From positions 1 to 32,259 of IMG/VR virus record IMGVR_UViG_3300021368_001285: 32,259 bases of DNA; one strand, 5' to 3'. The notes under the pieces were generated by a model that did no database searches, was not told where the DNA came from, and saw only the letters and a list, made by a program, of their open reading frames with translations. Each line of letters begins with the position of its first letter. The first letter of the stretch is position 1. The translations under genes and the position numbers were made by a program. Origin of the DNA: a virus. Lineage: Duplodnaviria > Caudoviricetes. Positions 17,948-28,228 of this stretch are shown here, piece after piece.

Positions 17948-20900
17948 ATTAGGTAGTATTATACTCCGTCGTGGTACTACGGCAGAGAGATTAGCATTTG
18001 TACCGCTCAAAGGCGAAATCATATATGATACTGAAAGTAAACAGGTTTTCATTGGAGACGGTGAAACCTATGGTGGTAAAACTGTCTTTGACGACAAAGT
18101 AACAATTGACAATGACGGAAACCTAAAAGCAGGAGATAATCTTGCTATTATCATTGACGATGACGGCGCCGCAAAAAGTTTGCGTTTGCCTGGCGGCGAC
18201 AAGAAAGATAGGCCACAGCCAGTCGCAGGTAGTTTGCGTTATAACTCTAACGATAGAGTTATGGAAATGGCAGATGGCAACGAATGGTTTTTCCTAAACA
18301 AAACTGTTATAAACGGTGATGTTACAGAATTGTATGTAAGTCTAGATGGCCATGATGATAGACGTCACGGTGCTCAGAGAGGACGTAGTTGGGGTACAGC
18401 ATTTAGAACTGTAAACATGGCTATGCGTCTTGCTGAAGATATAATGACGGCAAACCCCCAGAGTGAATTCTTTGTAAATGGTGAACAGCGAATTAGAACC
18501 AAGCAAGTTCTAGTGCATGTAGCAAGTGGTATATATGAAGAACAACTGCCTATTAGAGTACCTCCCAACGTTTCTATTTTTGGAGCAGGACAAAGACGTT
18601 GTATAATCCGTCCTAAAGTAGGAGAGACAAGTAAAAGTCCGTGGGCAAAATTACGTTTTTGGAGAGAGACTGATCTTTTTCCGAATGGATATTTTGGTTA
18701 TCATTATCTTTCAGATCCACGCAGTCAATTTTCTACACCATTAGATAATGAAGATATTGATATATTCCTTTGTAACGATACAAACTGGTTCCATGATTTT
18801 ACAACTGACAAGAACAGCAGTTTTACTTTTGTACTCGATCCAGAAGGACAAATTAGAACTAAATCTCCCTATCCACATACTGGTGCAAGTTTTCCAAAAT
18901 CAAGTTTTGAAGTAGATCCATATTCAGTTGGCTTCCACGGCGGTATGTTTGCAGACGGATTTACAGGCAACCAAGAATTTAATATTGATAGCATAGCGGG
19001 CGATAATTTAAGTATGGTAGCCAGTGGATTTTGGCGTACACCACAATTACCTACAGCATTCTATAAAGAAGGTGTAAGATATCAAGCAAACCTAGCTACT
19101 GCACCAGACGATGCAAAAGTAAATGCTACAACACTTTTGTCAGCAAATAAAAGTTTTATACAAGAAGAAACTATACAATTTGTAAATGACAAATATATTT
19201 TTAATTATAATGAAACAAAGTGCAGACGAGACTTACAGTTTATACTACAAGCCGCTAGATGGGATACAGCAACTGAAACAAATTATTTAGGCAGAATTGC
19301 CGCTCTAAGTTATCTACGTCCTAACAGTGCTTACGTATTGAGCGATCAGTTGCAACAAACTATTGGTGGATTAAACTATGCCAAAGGACAAAGTAACACA
19401 AGCCTTACAAGCAATACATCAGCTCAATTAGTTAATACAGCGTTATGGGACGATGTAATTGATGTTTTAGAAAATGGTATTGCAAATGTTGATGCCTTAT
19501 ACTTTCCTGACAAAGTTTATGATGATGATAAAGATTGGCATAGGAAAATATTACAAGCCAACAAAGCATTTATAAAAGCTGAAGTTATTAGTTTTATACA
19601 AACACAAATTAATAATGACATTGCACCGTTTTCTAGCACATACACATATGACGTTGCGAAATGCGAGCGCGACACAGACTTTTTGTTAGATGCACTAAGT
19701 TACGATTTAACTTACGGTAGTAACCTAGCCTCTATACAATTTGCAAACAGTTATTGGTTAGGTATAACTAGACAGATACCTCAAAACCAAGTTGCTCCAC
19801 ACATTGCGGCATTTAATTTTGTTAGAAGTATACTACCACAAATTTTTAGCAATGTGCCATTTACTGCTCCAGAAAAACAACAACTTACAGTACCACAAGC
19901 ATTATTAGAAAATCCTAGCCTGTCAGATAGTATTACTACGACAGTGCAAGGATTAGTTACAATGGTCAATGAGATAATTGAATATGGTACAAACTACGCT
20001 CCTTTGACTGTTTATCCTAAAACAGATTTATTAATTACAAATAGACCGCCTGCATTCAAACAAGAACTGCAAGACAAAATCACAGCAAGCGACCAATTAA
20101 GAACTGATACTGCTAACATTATTAACAGCACAATTAACTTTATTAACACAACCTATGCAAGTTTTAGTTATGACGAAGAAACCTGTAGACGTGATGTAGG
20201 ATTAATTGTAGATGCAATGATACACGATCTTACATATGGAGGTGAAGCAGAAACTAAAAAGGCTGCCTACAGTTATTTTGAAACAGGCAGTACTGTAATT
20301 CTAAACCAAGAAGCAGAAACAATAGATGCTATTGTAAAAGCAAAAAACCTAATCCAAGATGTAGTGCAAAATGTTGTTATTACTGTAACACAAGACCGTG
20401 CAACACAAACTACTAACAGCAATAATGCTGAAGCAGGTATAGAAGATAGAATAACATATCTCTTTAATATTATTACAGATGTTTTAACAAACTATGCGGC
20501 ATTCAAGGATGCAAACAGTTTGATACTTTCGAACATCGGATGGATACAAGATGAGGTAATTGCTTTTACAAATGCAACTTTCCAAAACTTTACATATGAT
20601 GTTGCAAAGTGTGAAAGAGACAATGGCATAATCTTAGACGGTGTAGGCTTTGATGTCGCCCTAGGAACAAACTATAACAGCGTTACAAATGGACTAGCAT
20701 ACCAAAGAGCAAATGCGAGTGTTGTCACAGCAAGTCAAAAAATTGCAACTGTGCAAAACATAAAGTTTTTAAAAAATGAAGTGTTAAACTTTGTAACTGA
20801 CAGTACGTCGGCTGTAACAACAGCAGAAGCAAGAGTTACAAATGCATTTGATGAAGTAATAGACATAATTGAAAATGGTGTAGTAAGCACAGATACAAGT

Positions 20901-23900
20901 GCAGATGCATTGATATTTCCTGCACCTAATGTTTTACCAACAGCAGATGCAGATGATGCCGCTCTACAACTACAGGCGAACAAAGCATTTTTAAAAGCAG
21001 AAACTATTGCATATATAAACGTTACCTATCCAAGTTTAGTATACGATCAAACTAAGTGTGCAAGAGACGTAGGTTATATTGTAGATGCACTTACATATGA
21101 TATCTTGTATGGAGGTAACAGTGCAACTAGAGTAAATGCTGAAAGCTATTTTGTAGGAGCAGTGGCTCAATTGCCTGCAGGACAACAAGCACAAACAGCT
21201 GATGCATATGATCATCTAGCAAATGTAATAGAACAGGTTGTTGTAGGAACATCTGTAACTCCGTCAACAGGAAATACAGAAACACAAGATACTACAAGTC
21301 CTAATGCAACTGCAACCGAAGCAACACAACTTAGCAACCTTGTGCAAATAATTGAAGATGTAATTACTGCAAATAGCATAGCTGGACTACCTGCAGAAAC
21401 ACTTCCTTCTGTAACATGGGCAGACGCTGAATACCAAAATGCAAAAACACTTATCGACAATGATAAAGCAAGGCTGATCACAGATGCAACACAGTTTATT
21501 GCTGACAACTTTATTAACTTTACCTACAATCAAGATTTATGTAAAAGAGACACAGGTTATATTGTTGCTGGTGTTGCTGATGATATATTTGGAGGTAAGT
21601 GTAGATCAGTTGAAGCAGGACGTAGTTACTATAGAGGTGTAACCCAATTAGCCAATAGCACAGTAGCGATCAACGAACAGTTAATACAAACGCTAGAATC
21701 AAACAAGTATGCAAAATATTTGATTAGACAAGTATTAAGCAATGAAGCACCTGCACAAACTTATCAATCTGTATCTAGCCAAACACTGAATACAAATATT
21801 ACAGTAAACGACACTATTAAAGATAAAGCAGACGGGCTGTATGATATTGTTTTAGGTATAATGGAAAATGGTATTGCAAGCGGTCCAACAGCATTGCCTA
21901 AATATAATATTAGTATTGAGTCTACCACACCACTTGATCCAACCCTTGTAGGAAAAGGACTTACACTTATAACTGCTGGTAACAAATCTTTTGTTAGTAC
22001 AGACTGGACAATGTTTGGTAACTTAGGTTATGGTGTGCTTGCAAGAAACAATGCACGTTGTGAGCTTGTTTCAATCTTTACATACTATTGTGGATATACA
22101 TATAAAGCAGAAAGTGGATCTGAAGTTAGATCACTTAATGGTTCAAGTTCAAACGGCATATACGGATTAGGAGCAGAAGGACGTAATCCTTTTGAAGTTC
22201 CTGTTAGGGCAACCACACTAAATGAAACAGTTTTTATCGCAGAAGCAGACAGCACCACACCAGGCGATAACCAAATTAATGATTTGCAAATTGTATTTAG
22301 GAACGCAGTAGACTACAATGGTAATCCTGCACAATTGTTTAACACAATGGCTGTAGATGTTGACCATGGTGCTCCAACAGGTATTGTAACATATGAAATA
22401 GGTAACTTCCAGCAAAACAGTTTAAACATCAAAGGATCAGCTCAAGGACTAGTAGCGGCAATTCCAGATGGTAATGCAATTAAAATTAGACTGCTACAAG
22501 AATACCAAGTAGATACAAATGAAGACATTTCGGATATACTTTTAGGTGCGGCTCTTATTTACGACAACGATCCTAATCAAGGATATAGAATATTAGAAGT
22601 AACAGCAGATGGTGTCGTAGACAACAGATTTACAATCAGAACAATACCAAGTTTAAATCATATACCTCTTGTTGTTAATCCAACTGCAACTGTTGGAAGT
22701 TCACAGTTTACAATCAATGCAACTACATATGGTGCAACAGAACTTGTAGACAGAAGGATAGCACATGAAGGTGTTATCTATCGTATCACAGCATTTGATT
22801 CTAATACTAACACAATCTCAATTGATCAGCCTTTGACAGCAGAAATGATTGGAGGCAACAGTGTAAGAGCAAGTCTTGCACCCGGAGAACAAGGTAAAAT
22901 ATTTAAAGATTTCTCTGTTGTAAAAGCTGGTAACCACGACATGCTTGATGTTGGTACTGGTGGTTATGAAGATAGTAATTATCCTAGAGAACTATTTGGA
23001 CCGCCTCTACGTAATCCTGTGCAATCGCAAGAAGTAAACGAAATTGCACCTGGGCGTGTGTTCTTTGTTACCAATGACCAAGATGGTAACTTTAGAGTAG
23101 GCGACTATTTTAGAGTCAACCAAGGTGATGGTAGCGTAAGTTTTGCCGCGGCAATTGCTTTGAGCAACTTAGATGGTTTAGGATTTACACGAGGCGTAAC
23201 TATCAACGAATTTAGTGCTGATGCCGAAATGACAGATGTTTCAGATGAAAGTGTACCTACTGAACAAGCGGTTGTAAATTACATAAACAGAAGAATAGGA
23301 CAAGATCAAAACGGCGCCGACATGGGCGGAAACACTATAGGTCCAGGCGTGTTAATGTTAGATGGCTCTAAGTCAATGACAGGAAATCTTGATCTAGACA
23401 CAAACGACATTACATCTGTAGAACTATTAACAGTAAACAATATTGATGCAACTACTACTGATACAGATAATCTCACAGTCAACACACTAAGCAATATAAA
23501 CGGAACAGTCAATGTTAATGGTACTGTTACACACGTAGGTGATACTACTACAACAGGTGATGTAACACAGACAGGCGATAATACAATCACAGGTGATGTA
23601 ACAGTGAATGGCAAGTTATCAGTTGATAGCGTTGAAATTGACACAAACTACATTACAACTACCGATTCAAACAGTGATCTAGAGTTGCGAACTAGTGGCA
23701 CAGGAAAAGTTATAGTTCAAGATAATTTAGAAGTGAATGGCAATATAGACATCAACGGTAATATAGACATTCAGGGTAATATTATTCCTACGGACGATGA
23801 TACATTTGATATAGGTAGTACAACAAAACGTGTTAGGGACTTATATTTAGGTCCAGGTAGTTTATTCATTAACAACACAGCAACACTTACTGAGGATGTT

Positions 23901-26900
23901 GATGGCCATCTAACAATACAAAGCAAAGCCGATAAAGATCTAAGACTATCCACGTCAGGCACAGGTATGTTAAAATTTGAACACGCTACTCAAATTGACA
24001 CAGATTTAACAGTGCTTAACAATCTAGAAGTTGACGGTACAGCAACTATTGCTAATATGGTACTAGAGGATCTAACAGCAACAAGGATTCCTATTGTTGG
24101 CACGAACAGTGAAATTATAGATGATGCGGGTTTGACATACAATGTTTCAACTAATACATTAAATGTTGACGGACAAATTGATGTAGATGATGTTAGTATT
24201 TTTGACAACACAATTAGAATTAATGGTAATGATATATTAGCAACAGGTAGTGCCACTAGCGGACATATATATTTGAACCCAGGCCAGACTTCAAATACAG
24301 CAGTCAATATCACCAACGCCTCACAAGCAAATCCTGTAAGAATTACTACCAGCACTAATCACGGACTAACACAAGGCGATGTAGTAGTCATAGAAAGTGT
24401 AGGTGGCATGACCACCCTTAATGGTAATAATTATTATGTTAGTGTAGTCAATGCAACAAATGTTGATTTATATTCTAATAGCGGATTGACTAACACTGTA
24501 AATGGCACAGCGTTTTCAGCATATACTTCAGGCGGAACTATAACCAATATTGTTTATGGTAATGTTACAGTAACTGGTAACCTAAATGTTTCTGGTGTTA
24601 CAAGCACAACCGATATTGGTTTAGGAAATACACAAATTAATGGTAACTTCAGTGCATTTGGTAATGTAGAACTTGGAGATTTTAGAACTGATCCTATTAC
24701 TTTTACAGGAAGTATGAACAGTGATATTATTCCTTTACTAGATAGTTCGTTTGATTTAGGACAGGATAACGGATCTGACGTTTATAGATGGCAAAATATC
24801 TTTGTTGATAATGTAAACACAGGTACAATACTTGCTACAGGAGAAACAGTAATCAGAGGCGCAGACTTCAAAGTACAAGCCTCAAACGGAGTTAATAAAT
24901 TTACTGTAGATGATACAACTGGTGATACTGATATTGCAGGTAATTTGTTAGTAAGCGGCACATTAACAGTTGACAACACTGTAACCATTAATGCAACAAC
25001 AATGACTGTTGATGATGCTATAGTGACACTAGGTGGAGATACGGTACCAGTATCAGACGACAACCTTGATAGGGGTATAGAGTTCCGCTATTACGATGGA
25101 GCAGGTAAACTTGGCTTCTTTGGATTTGACGACAGTACAGGAAACTTTACATTTATACCAGATGCAACTAACACATTAGAAGTGTTCTCAGGCGATCCAG
25201 GAACAATAGATGTCGCAGGTATTACCCATACAAAAACAGACAGCAACCTAGTGCTAGATGCAAATGGCACAGGGATAGTTCAGATAAATGATTCGTTAGA
25301 AGTGACAGGCCTAGCAGAAATACAAGGCAGGACTGACATCACAGCTGGTGGATTAAATGTTGATGCTTTAAGTTCATACACAGCAGATACAAATCTTACT
25401 ATCAGTGCAGATGGCACTGGTGTAGTGAATATAAATGATACTCTAACTGTTGCTGGTACAACCACGTTAAGCAACACACTCAATATAAATGTTGCTGATG
25501 CTCTAGCATTTGAAAGCGGAAAACATTGGATTACATATAACGACGGCGAAGGCAACTTTAACATAAGAGTAGGACATGTTTCAGACGGTACACCTAATGA
25601 AGTATCAACAGAAACAGGTTTTGCTTTCCACGACGAATGGAGCCAAAGTAGTGGCTGGAGAGAGTTTAACATCAGTGCTTCAAGCATCACAGCAGGTGCA
25701 GATGTAGGCGCCTGGCGTAGACAAATATACTACGATAGCAACGAAGTTAGTCTTGCTTATCAAGGTACAGAAAAACTAGCAACAATAGCAACTGGTATTG
25801 ATGTTGCTGGCAATGTAGACCTGTCAGGCGATATTGTAAAAGGCACAGGAACAATTAGTGTTCCTAACAATACCAATGGTACGTTTGCCATTAATGTTAG
25901 TGATACAACTACTACTACACAAGGTGATTTGAATCTTGACTTTTCTTTGAGTGCTACAGGAACTGTAAGCGCCACAGGTGATGCACATGGTTTATCATCC
26001 ACAGACTCTCCTACATTCGATGCACTTACTATGACAGGCACGCTCACACTAGGCGGCATAGGTGGAGCCAATGTAGCAAACGATACACAAATTAAAATTT
26101 ACAAGTCCGATAACAATGTAAGCGATCATATACAATTTTATAACGGAACAACAAGGATAGGTGAAATTGGCGGTCAGGATACTACTTGGTTACGCATAAA
26201 TCAAGTAACTGCAAAAAACATTTACACTCCGAGATACATTAGAGCAGATAGTGGATTATTTGTAGATGATACTAATCACGGTATTAATTCGACAGGCATA
26301 TTACTAGATGCATCTCTCAGCGGTACATATACAAATGAAGTTGATCTTACAAATGCAAATTCAAGTGTAACAAATGCAAATAATGTTAATGTTGATGAGA
26401 AAAATGATAACGTAGCATACCAAGTCTTGTTCAGTGATGCTAATGGTACAGGATTCCAACGTCCATATATTGACACAAACGATACGCAATTTACATACAA
26501 CCCTAGCACATCAACTCTTAATGTAACAAACTTAATTGCAAGCAGTATCACAGGACCGCTCGGTGGTAGTGCAACATCAGCTGATACTGTCAAAACAGTG
26601 ACAAGGGCAACAGATTCCACACACTATCTTACTTTTGTTGATAGTGACAACAGCAGTGCCACAGCTGAAACAATCTACACTAATCCAGATATAAATTACA
26701 ACCCAAGCACTAAAACATTATCAGTAGGTGGCGATCTAATTATGGCAAGTACCAATAGTCCATATGGTAAGATTGTTTGGGAAGGTGATGAAGATGGTGC
26801 AGAAACTTTCTTATATGCTACAAATCCAACCAGTGATAACAATATTTTCTTACCAGATGCCAGTGGCACGATTGCACTAGAAGGAACTACTCCTTCGTTT

Positions 26901-27698
26901 ACTGGAATTACTGCGCCTACCAATTTACAAATACAGGTTAATACAAATAATACAGCTGGTATTTTTGGATTGTCATTACCTGACTCAGATTTTATATCGT
27001 TAGGCAGTGATTTTAAAATAAGAGAAACTAATTTCAGTGGTACACTTTATAATTGGATAGATTCTAGCCATGATTTTCACATAACTAATCCTAATGTTTT
27101 TATAGAATCTGGTACTCCTGGAGGACCTAGTAGTAAAGTAGCAGAATTTAAATCAGGTGCGGAAGTAGCACTTTATCATAATGCAAGTAAAAGATTTGAA
27201 ACAACAACAACTGGAGTTCAAGTAAATGGAACTGATACACTTACTGTCAGGACCATTAGCACAGGTGGTGCAACTACCACAGGAACTATAACAGGACGTT
27301 GGAGCCTAAGCACTAACAGTAGATTTGAAGCAACCTATGCTGACTTGGCAGAGATATACGAAACTGATCAAGAATATGAGCCGGGGACTATAGTTATGTT
27401 TGGAGGAGACAAAGAAGTAACAATAGCACAGGGATTAGCAACAACAAAAGTAGCAGGTGTTATAACAGACAGTTATGCGTTCTTAATGAATCAAGAAGCA
27501 AAAGGTCAACCACTGGCACTGAAAGGTCGTATACCTGTAAAGGTTATGGGGCAGGTGAACAAAGGTGACTTTATTATTGCCAGCATGGAACCTGGCGTAG
27601 GTGTAGCTAGTGATAAGTATATTGGTGGAGCTGTAATAGGTAAAGCCATAGAATCTAAAGAAACAAATGACATCAAACTAATAGAGGTTAAGGTATAG
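17940..27698 (+). CDS. Giant (3252 aa) multidomain tail fibre / receptor-binding protein
   Basis: Mtd-N-like LRRGTTAER...GEIIYDT...FIGDG; beta-helix (LYVSLDG..., GIYEEQLPIRVP.NVSIFG); six helical CxRD repeats; G-x5 fibre repeats; FCCH-like module; C-terminal YADLAE intramolecular chaperone domain. Confidence 0.85.
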   Translation: MAELGSIILRRGTTAERLAFVPLKGEIIYDTESKQVFIGDGETYGGKTVFDDKVTIDNDGNLKAGDNLAIIIDDDGAAKSLRLPGGDKKDRPQPVAGSLRYNSNDRVMEMADGNEWFFLNKTVINGDVTELYVSLDGHDDRRHGAQRGRSWGTAFRTVNMAMRLAEDIMTANPQSEFFVNGEQRIRTKQVLVHVASGIYEEQLPIRVPPNVSIFGAGQRRCIIRPKVGETSKSPWAKLRFWRETDLFPNGYFGYHYLSDPRSQFSTPLDNEDIDIFLCNDTNWFHDFTTDKNSSFTFVLDPEGQIRTKSPYPHTGASFPKSSFEVDPYSVGFHGGMFADGFTGNQEFNIDSIAGDNLSMVASGFWRTPQLPTAFYKEGVRYQANLATAPDDAKVNATTLLSANKSFIQEETIQFVNDKYIFNYNETKCRRDLQFILQAARWDTATETNYLGRIAALSYLRPNSAYVLSDQLQQTIGGLNYAKGQSNTSLTSNTSAQLVNTALWDDVIDVLENGIANVDALYFPDKVYDDDKDWHRKILQANKAFIKAEVISFIQTQINNDIAPFSSTYTYDVAKCERDTDFLLDALSYDLTYGSNLASIQFANSYWLGITRQIPQNQVAPHIAAFNFVRSILPQIFSNVPFTAPEKQQLTVPQALLENPSLSDSITTTVQGLVTMVNEIIEYGTNYAPLTVYPKTDLLITNRPPAFKQELQDKITASDQLRTDTANIINSTINFINTTYASFSYDEETCRRDVGLIVDAMIHDLTYGGEAETKKAAYSYFETGSTVILNQEAETIDAIVKAKNLIQDVVQNVVITVTQDRATQTTNSNNAEAGIEDRITYLFNIITDVLTNYAAFKDANSLILSNIGWIQDEVIAFTNATFQNFTYDVAKCERDNGIILDGVGFDVALGTNYNSVTNGLAYQRANASVVTASQKIATVQNIKFLKNEVLNFVTDSTSAVTTAEARVTNAFDEVIDIIENGVVSTDTSADALIFPAPNVLPTADADDAALQLQANKAFLKAETIAYINVTYPSLVYDQTKCARDVGYIVDALTYDILYGGNSATRVNAESYFVGAVAQLPAGQQAQTADAYDHLANVIEQVVVGTSVTPSTGNTETQDTTSPNATATEATQLSNLVQIIEDVITANSIAGLPAETLPSVTWADAEYQNAKTLIDNDKARLITDATQFIADNFINFTYNQDLCKRDTGYIVAGVADDIFGGKCRSVEAGRSYYRGVTQLANSTVAINEQLIQTLESNKYAKYLIRQVLSNEAPAQTYQSVSSQTLNTNITVNDTIKDKADGLYDIVLGIMENGIASGPTALPKYNISIESTTPLDPTLVGKGLTLITAGNKSFVSTDWTMFGNLGYGVLARNNARCELVSIFTYYCGYTYKAESGSEVRSLNGSSSNGIYGLGAEGRNPFEVPVRATTLNETVFIAEADSTTPGDNQINDLQIVFRNAVDYNGNPAQLFNTMAVDVDHGAPTGIVTYEIGNFQQNSLNIKGSAQGLVAAIPDGNAIKIRLLQEYQVDTNEDISDILLGAALIYDNDPNQGYRILEVTADGVVDNRFTIRTIPSLNHIPLVVNPTATVGSSQFTINATTYGATELVDRRIAHEGVIYRITAFDSNTNTISIDQPLTAEMIGGNSVRASLAPGEQGKIFKDFSVVKAGNHDMLDVGTGGYEDSNYPRELFGPPLRNPVQSQEVNEIAPGRVFFVTNDQDGNFRVGDYFRVNQGDGSVSFAAAIALSNLDGLGFTRGVTINEFSADAEMTDVSDESVPTEQAVVNYINRRIGQDQNGADMGGNTIGPGVLMLDGSKSMTGNLDLDTNDITSVELLTVNNIDATTTDTDNLTVNTLSNINGTVNVNGTVTHVGDTTTTGDVTQTGDNTITGDVTVNGKLSVDSVEIDTNYITTTDSNSDLELRTSGTGKVIVQDNLEVNGNIDINGNIDIQGNIIPTDDDTFDIGSTTKRVRDLYLGPGSLFINNTATLTEDVDGHLTIQSKADKDLRLSTSGTGMLKFEHATQIDTDLTVLNNLEVDGTATIANMVLEDLTATRIPIVGTNSEIIDDAGLTYNVSTNTLNVDGQIDVDDVSIFDNTIRINGNDILATGSATSGHIYLNPGQTSNTAVNITNASQANPVRITTSTNHGLTQGDVVVIESVGGMTTLNGNNYYVSVVNATNVDLYSNSGLTNTVNGTAFSAYTSGGTITNIVYGNVTVTGNLNVSGVTSTTDIGLGNTQINGNFSAFGNVELGDFRTDPITFTGSMNSDIIPLLDSSFDLGQDNGSDVYRWQNIFVDNVNTGTILATGETVIRGADFKVQASNGVNKFTVDDTTGDTDIAGNLLVSGTLTVDNTVTINATTMTVDDAIVTLGGDTVPVSDDNLDRGIEFRYYDGAGKLGFFGFDDSTGNFTFIPDATNTLEVFSGDPGTIDVAGITHTKTDSNLVLDANGTGIVQINDSLEVTGLAEIQGRTDITAGGLNVDALSSYTADTNLTISADGTGVVNINDTLTVAGTTTLSNTLNINVADALAFESGKHWITYNDGEGNFNIRVGHVSDGTPNEVSTETGFAFHDEWSQSSGWREFNISASSITAGADVGAWRRQIYYDSNEVSLAYQGTEKLATIATGIDVAGNVDLSGDIVKGTGTISVPNNTNGTFAINVSDTTTTTQGDLNLDFSLSATGTVSATGDAHGLSSTDSPTFDALTMTGTLTLGGIGGANVANDTQIKIYKSDNNVSDHIQFYNGTTRIGEIGGQDTTWLRINQVTAKNIYTPRYIRADSGLFVDDTNHGINSTGILLDASLSGTYTNEVDLTNANSSVTNANNVNVDEKNDNVAYQVLFSDANGTGFQRPYIDTNDTQFTYNPSTSTLNVTNLIASSITGPLGGSATSADTVKTVTRATDSTHYLTFVDSDNSSATAETIYTNPDINYNPSTKTLSVGGDLIMASTNSPYGKIVWEGDEDGAETFLYATNPTSDNNIFLPDASGTIALEGTTPSFTGITAPTNLQIQVNTNNTAGIFGLSLPDSDFISLGSDFKIRETNFSGTLYNWIDSSHDFHITNPNVFIESGTPGGPSSKVAEFKSGAEVALYHNASKRFETTTTGVQVNGTDTLTVRTISTGGATTTGTITGRWSLSTNSRFEATYADLAEIYETDQEYEPGTIVMFGGDKEVTIAQGLATTKVAGVITDSYAFLMNQEAKGQPLALKGRIPVKVMGQVNKGDFIIASMEPGVGVASDKYIGGAVIGKAIESKETNDIKLIEVKV
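19120..21900 (+). repeat. Six ~140-175 aa protein repeats (consensus L..NK.FI..E...F...Y...KC.RD.G.IVDA..YD..YG.N)
   Basis: Conserved Cys codons at 19221, 19662, 20184, 20610, 21057 and 21540 (aa 428, 575, 749, 891, 1040, 1201). Outer boundaries are approximate. Confidence 0.85.
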
Positions 27699-27994
27699 TG
27701 AGTAAAGAAGTAGTAAGAGCAGACACAGATTCACACGTAGGACATGCTAGTCCTTCACCTAGTCCTTTTCATCAAACTACTTACAAGGCAGGACAATCAA
27801 CAGTATATGTTAATAACAAACCTGTGATTAGAAAAGACGATACAACCAAATGCGGAGATCCAGCAGTAGGTTCTAGTGGAACAGTTTATGCAGAAAATAA
27901 ACTTATCCATAGAAAGGATGATGCTACAGGAGGCCATGGTAGTTTCGTGCCTAACAAAGCACAATCAGGATCAGGTGATGTATTTTGTGGTTGA
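27698..27994 (+). CDS. PAAR-repeat spike tip protein (T4 gp5.4-like)
   Basis: Repeated S.TVYVNNKPVIRKDD / S.TVYAENKLIHRKDD, His/Cys metal ligands and the C-terminus GSGDVFCG. GTG start. Implies a contractile tail. Confidence 0.88.
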   Translation: MSKEVVRADTDSHVGHASPSPSPFHQTTYKAGQSTVYVNNKPVIRKDDTTKCGDPAVGSSGTVYAENKLIHRKDDATGGHGSFVPNKAQSGSGDVFCG

Positions 27995-28019
27995 CCTTTT
28001 CAAAAAACCATAGTATAAT
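27991..28019 (+). promoter_or_regulatory. Sigma70-type promoter for Hc1-like / dadA
   Basis: TTGACC (27991) - 17 nt - TATAAT (28014). Confidence 0.75.
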
Positions 28020-28042
28020 CAATTAATTATAAGGAGTAATTT

Positions 28043-28228
28043 ATGAGTGAACTATCTCAACACGAACAAATCGTTCAGGCGTTTAACAACTATCTAGCAG
28101 AAGCTGAAACATTTGAAAACAAAGGTGTGAAAGCGGCAGCCGCTAGAGCAAGAAAAGCTCTAGGCGATCTAGGCAAACTTACTAAAACACGTAGAGCCGA
28201 AATCCAGGATAAGAAGAACGCAATGTAA
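28043..28228 (+). CDS. Histone H1-like (Hc1 family) small basic protein
   Basis: F.NKGVKAAAARARKAL..L.KL.K..R motif; AAGGAG RBS. Confidence 0.75.
   Translation: MSELSQHEQIVQAFNNYLAEAETFENKGVKAAAARARKALGDLGKLTKTRRAEIQDKKNAM

Noticed and set aside
11758-27698. Diversity-generating retroelement suggested by Mtd-N-like domains
   Set aside because: No reverse transcriptase and no template/variable repeat pair were seen. Mtd-N-like segments are generic fibre attachment domains.
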